Assembly (NCBI GenBank): GCA_046757165.1
Contig: JBHHXT010000154.1
Location: 1 to 11,457 of the forward strand
Source: a bacterium
Lineage (GTDB): Bacteria > Zhuqueibacterota > Zhuqueibacteria > Oceanimicrobiales > Oceanimicrobiaceae
Reading direction: 5' to 3'
DNA: 11,457 nucleotides
Under the pieces are notes generated by a model. The model saw only the letters and a program-made list of their open reading frames with translations. It did no database searches and was not told where the DNA came from. The first letter of the stretch is position 1. The number at the start of each line of letters is the position of its first letter. Both the position numbers and the translations under genes were made by a program. Positions 6,701-11,457 of this stretch are shown piece by piece.

Positions 6701-7832
6701 CCGTGACCTCTGTGCTCACCGCATCTTCGCCAATCGCCGTGGCTGTAACTGTGAATGGACCAGGAGGAACCCCGGTCAAGGTCTTAGAGAAGGCCCCGAT
6801 GGGGCTCAGGGAAACGGGCATCCCGTTCACACTGACTCCGGCAATGCCGACCGGTTCAATGATTTGCAGCATGCTGGTCAGGTCGCTTGGATTCCTGACG
6901 ACGACGAACTCACCATTGGTCGAATCGGCGATCAGCTTCAGGGCGGTGGTGTCGGAATCAAAGATCGTTGTGTCATCAAGGGCAAGACCAAAGGTGTTGA
7001 TGATGGTTCCCGCCTTGACCGCTTCGCTCAGGGGAGAACCCGAACCTTTTGTAAAGCCGGACGTGCCGCCGGGACCGCGAGGCAAACCGTCCGAGAGAAA
7101 AAAGATGATGTTGGTGCGATTCTCTGGCTGATTGGCAAAAACCCGGTTGGCGAGCGCGAGCGCCGAATCGTAGACTGTAAAAACGGCCAGGTTGTCGACG
7201 AATTTCTTGGTGAACTTTCCGATGCCGGCTCTCAAGAAGACCGGCACGCCGTTGTCATCTTTTGCATTGGTGTCGACTGACCGGGCAACTTCTTCAATAT
7301 CTGGCGTCCCATCATTATTCCGGTCGGCATCAGGTGGGGTGGTGAAGTCCTGCGAATTGACGGCGGGGTCGACATCGGCGACCAATGCATCACTGGCAAA
7401 CGCGATGACCCCGACCTCGACATTGCCCGGGCCGCCCAAAGAGGCATTGAGCGCGACGATGCCAGCAATCTCCGCGTCCAGAATCGTACCCTCAATGCCA
7501 TCACCGTTCTCGTCCCCGACCTCGCCCAGGCTTTGATCGACCCGTTCTGTACTCTCTGAGACATCAATAATGTAGATGACATTGATGCTATCGCCCCCAC
7601 CGATGGTTACGAAGCCTTCAACAGGTATCTCACATTCCGGCCCGATGAAGGTATCACCTGGAGCAGGAGTCGTGATTGCCACAGTGAGAACCTGCCCGGT
7701 GGTTAGTGTATCTGAAGCCGGATTCCCTTGCCCCTGAACAGGAGTCGCGCCAAAGCAGAACATCAAAAACGCAAGTGGCAAGCTTAGCCAAACCCGATAC
7801 CCCATTCTGAATAAAGTCGTAACGTTGAACAT
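3756..7832 (-). CDS. Large secreted adhesin-like protein: signal peptide + vWA (MIDAS) domain + 7 full and 1 degenerate Cys-rich Ig/HYR-like modules + beta-rich domain + T9SS type-A/FlgD-Ig-like CTD
   Basis: 1358-aa ORF; strong AAGGAGG SD (7844-7838); signal ending VQG|Q; vWA motifs VIYIIDVSES, TVYDSAL, IIFFLSDG, INTFGL, LKLIADSTNGEFVVV; CTD FQLTQNFPNPFNPTTKIRF...FNLLGEQVALLV...WDGKNKNGVLVSTGIYIYQL...RRMVFLK. Confidence 0.92.
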   Translation of the reverse strand: MFNVTTLFRMGYRVWLSLPLAFLMFCFGATPVQGQGNPASDTLTTGQVLTVAITTPAPGDTFIGPECEIPVEGFVTIGGGDSINVIYIIDVSESTERVDQSLGEVGDENGDGIEGTILDAEIAGIVALNASLGGPGNVEVGVIAFASDALVADVDPAVNSQDFTTPPDADRNNDGTPDIEEVARSVDTNAKDDNGVPVFLRAGIGKFTKKFVDNLAVFTVYDSALALANRVFANQPENRTNIIFFLSDGLPRGPGGTSGFTKGSGSPLSEAVKAGTIINTFGLALDDTTIFDSDTTALKLIADSTNGEFVVVRNPSDLTSMLQIIEPVGIAGVSVNGMPVSLSPIGAFSKTLTGVPPGPFTVTATAIGEDAVSTEVTATVDVLCISPDTLICKSIDLLSPSPGALICTDSVDVNAVVNLMGGQPPIQTDCTINGFPAKLDSVVNDSLFFISARIPLEFGLNTVEILCTFTDSRQDAETCRLVKVVNRPQLPTCVVKITEPKEGTLVCDSVKVTAALDITSGVPPFDTLCTINGVEVVKTDNMFMAKVPMAIGENTIIALCTVTDNCGNQVVCADTLTVTRPEPPVCFVDITSPQDGTINCDDSVKVTAVLAIEGGLGPFSKVCDINGIPANVDQQGVLMAKVPLTRGVNDTLIATCTVVDSCGFATVCRDTVVVFVPEKPVCVVRITDPQDGTINCDDSVKVTATLSIEGGVGPFTKICRVNGVAATVTEQGVFMAKVPLTRGQVDTVIATCTIVDSCGFKTVCADTITLEIPPRPICTVQITTPADGIINCDDSVKVVALLSIDGGLSPFAKDCNINGVAATVNEQGVFMATVPLTRGQIDTIIAACTVVDSCGFETVCADTVTVDIPPKPICTVDITQPLAGTVNCDDSVKVTGILTVEGGLPPFERKCDVNGIPTTIDDDGVFMATIPLTLGQNDTLIATCVVVDSCQFETICRDTVIVFVPARPVCNTEITSPLEGAIVCDTLTVTGKTTIQGGLGPFKVTCDLNGVVTDIAEFTTRDTTITFTAQLNNLTGDTTLIATCTIVDSCGFETICRDTIRVSVDEEPPSCFFAVDGSSIFGTIFDEGSGIATIEKDSLFNVELTIDPFEHGAQEVNFRLDIIDPNKSLFFNLIVTDWCGNVFECDPVFLHLAADAANRQFEFRFPHVDRYLQVSNLGLTEIRLDLNGQKFQLVADAGRAQQEMNTYVMPRQGQVTIDLVDYVHSGANQMLITYAGPAGTTANFFLIDTSDDVDHTLELQAMPEEFQLTQNFPNPFNPTTKIRFAIPEKLDGVAVKLQIFNLLGEQVALLVDEPKAAGKYTIQWDGKNKNGVLVSTGIYIYQLVAGNVRQTRRMVFLK
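4395..6659 (-). repeat. Seven tandem six-Cys-type modules plus a degenerate eighth; central units have a 288-bp (96-aa) period
   Basis: Protein-level repeats are visible in the translation; an exact 45-bp DNA direct repeat lies at 5721-5765 and 6009-6053 (offset 288). Confidence 0.92.
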
Positions 7833-8156
7833 AACACCCTCCTTTCATACCGCAAAATGATATAATGCACCCACAACCGGCGAACAGAAAACAGGAATCC
7901 CCTGATGCTCGACCGCCGAGGTAGAGACCATTTGAGTTGTGCCGTAGACACAGGAGAAACGACCTTCATCCGGCATGAAGAAGGTGTTCCTTATGCAGAC
8001 TAGCTCTGCATAGACACAGTTGATGAATGTTTGTTTAGACTACTGAGAAACTCGCATTGGGCGCGTGATCAAGAGGATGTTTATCCAAAGAAGGGGCAAA
8101 ATGAGTGTGCATAGATGAGAGACTATTGTTGTTTCGCCAGACCACGCACTTATTCC

Positions 8157-8213
8157 CTATTACGAAAAAAAGTTAAGAAAGTCAAGCAAAACATTTAAAA
8201 AAAGTAACTTTTT
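8157..8213 (-). promoter_or_regulatory. Candidate promoter for the vWA gene with an upstream palindrome
   Basis: TTGACT (8185-8180)-17 nt-TAATAG (8162-8157, weak -10) in an AT-rich tract; AAAAAGT-A-ACTTTTT palindrome at 8199-8213. Confidence 0.3.
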
Positions 8214-8342
8214 GCTATATATCGGAACATAATATCTTATTATCTTAGTTTTCTTATTGCTTTATTGTTGGCTTGATCTCGCATTTCTCGCTTGACTTTG
8301 GGACTTTAATAAACCACGCTAAGCAACAATAGAACAATAGAA

Positions 8343-9515
8343 TCAAAAATAAAACTGCAAATACCCAAAAAAACTGCTTTTCAATGTTCCGTATTCGGAG
8401 CGCTCCGGCCCCCGGGTCCAGTAGGCGCTGGCGGCTGCCTCCAAATTCGTAGAGATGGAGTAGACGATGGAGGGTCCAACCAGGCTGCTGCCGTCGTTCA
8501 GATTGACCAGGCTATAGACGTTCAAGACCAGCAGCGGCGTGAGGGATTTGTTTGCTGAAATTGCCAGGTAGTGTTTCGCCAGGTTGAACGTCTGACCCGC
8601 CAGCAGATCACCGAGCTTGTAATTATTCTTGTCCGAACTCCCCTGGCCGTTGTAGTAAAACTCGATAAAGGCGTAGATATCGCCCCGGAAGTTGTAGTCG
8701 GCGTTTAACACAGCGCGCAGGTAGTTGTCGTCTTGATGCTTCCACGTGTAAGCGAATTCACCTCTGAAGCCGGCGCTGCCGAGGTAGCCGGCAAAATCGC
8801 CGCCGAGAACCTTGTCATCCCGAAAATCGCCGCCCATAATGGCGAGATCATAATTGCCCCAATTCGTGCTCATGCGCAGGGAAGCGCTGCTCCTGAGCTC
8901 GTCTTTGCCGGGGGCAAAGGCCGCTTCGACGCGCGAGAGCGTGCCGAAGGGGATCGCCAGATGGATCGCATCAACGCCCTCTTTTTCCGCTAATTCAATG
9001 GCGGCAGGATTAAACGGGTTGAGAAGGTCGGTCGGGTTCCAGGCGAACCCCGTTCCCCAGGCGATGCGCTGCCTGCCAACGGTGAGTTCGGTGCGCCCCA
9101 GGTAGAGAGTGGCAAAAGCACGAAACAGGGATTGTCTGAGCTGAGCTTCGCTACCCTGCTCCACGGTCCAGCTCAAGTCCGCAAAGGTCGGGCGCGCAAG
9201 AATTTCGGAGAATCTGAACTCCGGAGTTTTCAGGAAACTCCCCGCCAGCAGCTCAGTGTCGAGCCAGACCTCAGAATGAACCTTATTGCTGACATCCACC
9301 AGCCCTTTGAGCCGCAGGCGACTGATATCTAAAAAGTACGTCTCGTTTGACAGAATGGACTTCGAGCGGATGGCGAGGTTCTTGGCATAGCCACGGGTTT
9401 GGACAGAAGAATTCTGGGCGGAAGATTGTAATGAAAAGGTCACCAGGAAAACAAAAGAGAGTAGACTGCGTCGGACTATCCCTGCATCTATCCGTCTTCC
9501 GTCTTCCAACCTCAT
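8343..9515 (-). CDS. Hypothetical outer-membrane beta-barrel protein associated with the ABC operon
   Basis: 390 aa; signal peptide (SLQSSA|Q); alternating amphipathic strands; GRQRIAWG..WNPTDLLNP motif; C-terminal YLQFYF BAM-type signal; ATGA overlap with the ATPase stop (9512-9515). Confidence 0.8.
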   Translation of the reverse strand: MRLEDGRRIDAGIVRRSLLSFVFLVTFSLQSSAQNSSVQTRGYAKNLAIRSKSILSNETYFLDISRLRLKGLVDVSNKVHSEVWLDTELLAGSFLKTPEFRFSEILARPTFADLSWTVEQGSEAQLRQSLFRAFATLYLGRTELTVGRQRIAWGTGFAWNPTDLLNPFNPAAIELAEKEGVDAIHLAIPFGTLSRVEAAFAPGKDELRSSASLRMSTNWGNYDLAIMGGDFRDDKVLGGDFAGYLGSAGFRGEFAYTWKHQDDNYLRAVLNADYNFRGDIYAFIEFYYNGQGSSDKNNYKLGDLLAGQTFNLAKHYLAISANKSLTPLLVLNVYSLVNLNDGSSLVGPSIVYSISTNLEAAASAYWTRGPERSEYGTLKSSFFGYLQFYF

Positions 9516-10201
9516 CCGTTTCGCTCCTCCACAATCTCACCGTCACGCAAGAGGATCAACCGCCGTGCCCGTTCCATCACCACCGGATCGTGCGTGGAGA
9601 ACACAAATGTGACCTGCTTTTTTTGGTTCATCTCTTTCATCTTGTCCAGGAGCACCGAGCCGGTCTTGGAATCCAGATTCGCGGTTGGCTCGTCAGCCAG
9701 AATGAGCTTGGGGCGCGAGACCAGCGCTCGTGCCACGGCGACACGCTGCTGCTGGCCGCCACTCAGCTCGTTGGGCCGCCGATGAAGGAGCGCTGCCTCA
9801 ATTCCGAGCTCGGCGAATTCCTGCTTGACACGGCGATGACGTTCCTCGGCGGAGACGCCCTGCAGCAAGAGCATGAACTCTGCATTCTCTTCCGCCGTCA
9901 GGACCGGAATGAGATTGTACGCCTGGAAAATGAACCCCATCGTTTGCAACCGAAACTCTGCCAGCTCGTTGCGATTGAGGGCGGTCAAATCCTGACCAGC
10001 GACCCGGATGGTTCCCGAGGTCGGCTTGTCAAGTCCCCCAATGATATTAAGCAAAGTCGTCTTGCCGGAACCGGACGGCCCGGCGATCGCTGTAAACTCA
10101 CCCGCCTTGATTTTCAGCCCAACATTGTTTAGAGCTCTGACAGGAACTTTGTTCTTGTCGTGGTAAACCTTTACGATATTTGCGAGATTGACGATGCTCA
10201 T
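9512..10201 (-). CDS. ABC transporter ATP-binding protein, LolD/MacB/FtsE-like
   Basis: Walker A GPSGSGKT, Q-loop GFIFQAYNL, signature LSGGQQQRV, Walker B LILADEPT, H-loop FSTHD. Start placed at MSIVNL (ATG 10201), which avoids the 32-nt overlap with the permease implied by the track start at 10258. Confidence 0.93.
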   Translation of the reverse strand: MSIVNLANIVKVYHDKNKVPVRALNNVGLKIKAGEFTAIAGPSGSGKTTLLNIIGGLDKPTSGTIRVAGQDLTALNRNELAEFRLQTMGFIFQAYNLIPVLTAEENAEFMLLLQGVSAEERHRRVKQEFAELGIEAALLHRRPNELSGGQQQRVAVARALVSRPKLILADEPTANLDSKTGSVLLDKMKEMNQKKQVTFVFSTHDPVVMERARRLILLRDGEIVEERNG

Positions 10202-10226
10202 TTCATATTCCGGGTTCGAGTGTGAT

Positions 10227-11447
10227 TTAAACAAATCGTATCGCGTCGACCACCTCAAAACGGCTCGCCTTGAACGACGGATACAGGACAGAGGCGAGCA
10301 CGATCATGTTGATCACGACCACGCCGACGACGATATCATAGAGCGCGATTTTCGGGTAAATGATGGCGCCGACGCCGAAGCGGCTCAGTCCGGAGGCGAA
10401 GTCGGTCAGGTCGAGGCCGGTATAGGCCCAGTAACCCAGCACTGTGACGGAGACGAGCAAGCCAAGCGCCAGGCCGAGCAAGGTAATGAAAAAAGTTTCG
10501 AAGTAAAGCATGAGCCTGATCTTTTTGGGCAGCACGCCATTGGCCATCATGATCCCGAGCTCATAGATACGCTCATAGATCACCATCAGGAACGCGTTGG
10601 CGATACTGAACGCGATGGCCGTGAACAGAATGGCAATCGTAATGACGAGTGAAAAATCGTACAGTTTTAGAGCCAGCTCCAGCAGTTTGTTCCTGTCCTT
10701 CCAGGACAAAACTTCCAGATTCTTTCCGGCCAGCTTTGCCGTCAACCGCGCCTTCAAACCATCGACCTCGAGCGGCGTCCGGATGCTAAACGCCGTGACG
10801 CTGTCGCCATAGCCGGCCAACGTTTGCGCCTGCCGTTGCTCGAGGTAAACAAACGCTTTTTCAAAATCCGGGTTGGAGACACGGTAAATCCCAACGACGC
10901 GGTAGGCGCCTGAGCTGATGGTGTTATCCAGTCCCGAGATCATCAGGACGACTTTTTCACCGAGGATGACGTTCAGCTTTTTCGCCAGCGCCTCGCCGAT
11001 GACGATTTCATTTTTGCCATTTGCGCCGCTGAAATACTGGCCGTCGAGGATGGACTGAGCGATGGTGGTGATATTCGACTCACGCTCCGGAACGACGCCG
11101 TTGATCGAGACGCCGGCGGCCGTTTCGCTGCTGCTGATCATGCCAGCGATTGAAACCAGGGGGGCGCTTTCCAGGTCGGCAAACCCGTCCAGCACCTTTT
11201 CTATCTGCTCCGGCGTCCTGATGAACGCTCTGATGTTTGGATTGTCCTGATACCCTTTGGCCGTAATCATGATGTGACCGCCGTGCAGATTGATGGCGGC
11301 GTCGACCATCTGCTCCAGGAAACCACGGCTGAAGGCGGTGGTTCCCAGATACCCGAAGACACCAACCGCAATCGATGTGATCAAAACCAGCGACCGGCGC
11401 GGGTTGCGCCAGACATTGCGCCAGGCGATTTTCAGAATGATTTTCAT
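10227..11447 (-). CDS. ABC transporter permease, LolC/LolE (MacB_PCD + FtsX) family
   Basis: KIAWRNVWRNPRRSLV N-terminus, one TM, a large periplasmic domain (EIVIGEALAKKL), ANAFLMVIYERIYELGIMMANG motif, three C-terminal TMs, YPSFKASR end; GGAG SD upstream. Confidence 0.93.
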   Translation of the reverse strand: MKIILKIAWRNVWRNPRRSLVLITSIAVGVFGYLGTTAFSRGFLEQMVDAAINLHGGHIMITAKGYQDNPNIRAFIRTPEQIEKVLDGFADLESAPLVSIAGMISSSETAAGVSINGVVPERESNITTIAQSILDGQYFSGANGKNEIVIGEALAKKLNVILGEKVVLMISGLDNTISSGAYRVVGIYRVSNPDFEKAFVYLEQRQAQTLAGYGDSVTAFSIRTPLEVDGLKARLTAKLAGKNLEVLSWKDRNKLLELALKLYDFSLVITIAILFTAIAFSIANAFLMVIYERIYELGIMMANGVLPKKIRLMLYFETFFITLLGLALGLLVSVTVLGYWAYTGLDLTDFASGLSRFGVGAIIYPKIALYDIVVGVVVINMIVLASVLYPSFKASRFEVVDAIRFV

Positions 11448-11457
11448 TTGCGCTCCA

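Noticed and set aside
1012..7536. Many long plus-strand ORFs (e.g. 2375-3286, 5193-6059, 6130-7131)
   Set aside because: They are antisense shadows of the two large minus-strand genes, explained by codon bias and repeats, with no recognisable domains.
7784..7969. 61-aa minus-strand ORF upstream of the vWA gene as a leader peptide
   Set aside because: It has no convincing SD or recognisable features and overlaps the true start out of frame.
7833..8160. c-di-GMP or other known riboswitch upstream of the adhesin
   Set aside because: The consensus elements were not found by eye; an Rfam scan would be needed to exclude it.
10202..10258. N-terminal extension of the ATPase (MRWSTRY...)
   Set aside because: It overlaps the permease 3' end; family-like sequence begins at MSIVNL (10201).
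9347..10652. Plus-strand ORFs 9347-10132 and 10188-10652
   Set aside because: These are typical antisense shadow ORFs of ABC ATPase and permease genes.

Overview
Bacterial window with all credible genes on the minus strand. From right to left: the end of a LolCDE/MacB-type ABC operon (permease, ATPase, putative outer-membrane beta-barrel); an AT-rich ~510 bp intergenic region; two tandem large secreted proteins (1358 aa and 882 aa); and an ArsR-family repressor coupled to an SRPBCC/AHSA1 protein that runs off the left edge. Both large proteins end in a T9SS type-A/FlgD-Ig-like C-terminal domain (LxQN[YF]PNPFNPTT...K), typical of FCB-related lineages such as KSB1/Calditrichota (taxonomy is inference). 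They share a tandem ~96-aa six-cysteine Ig/HYR-like module (7 full plus 1 degenerate copies, and 5 copies). The pattern of cysteine loss at the array ends points to disulfides linking neighbouring modules. One protein carries an N-terminal vWA/MIDAS head and the other a C-proximal beta-propeller. This pair is the most interesting system in the window. Also seen: a leaderless, probably autoregulated arsR promoter/operator, a terminator and a REP-like palindrome.
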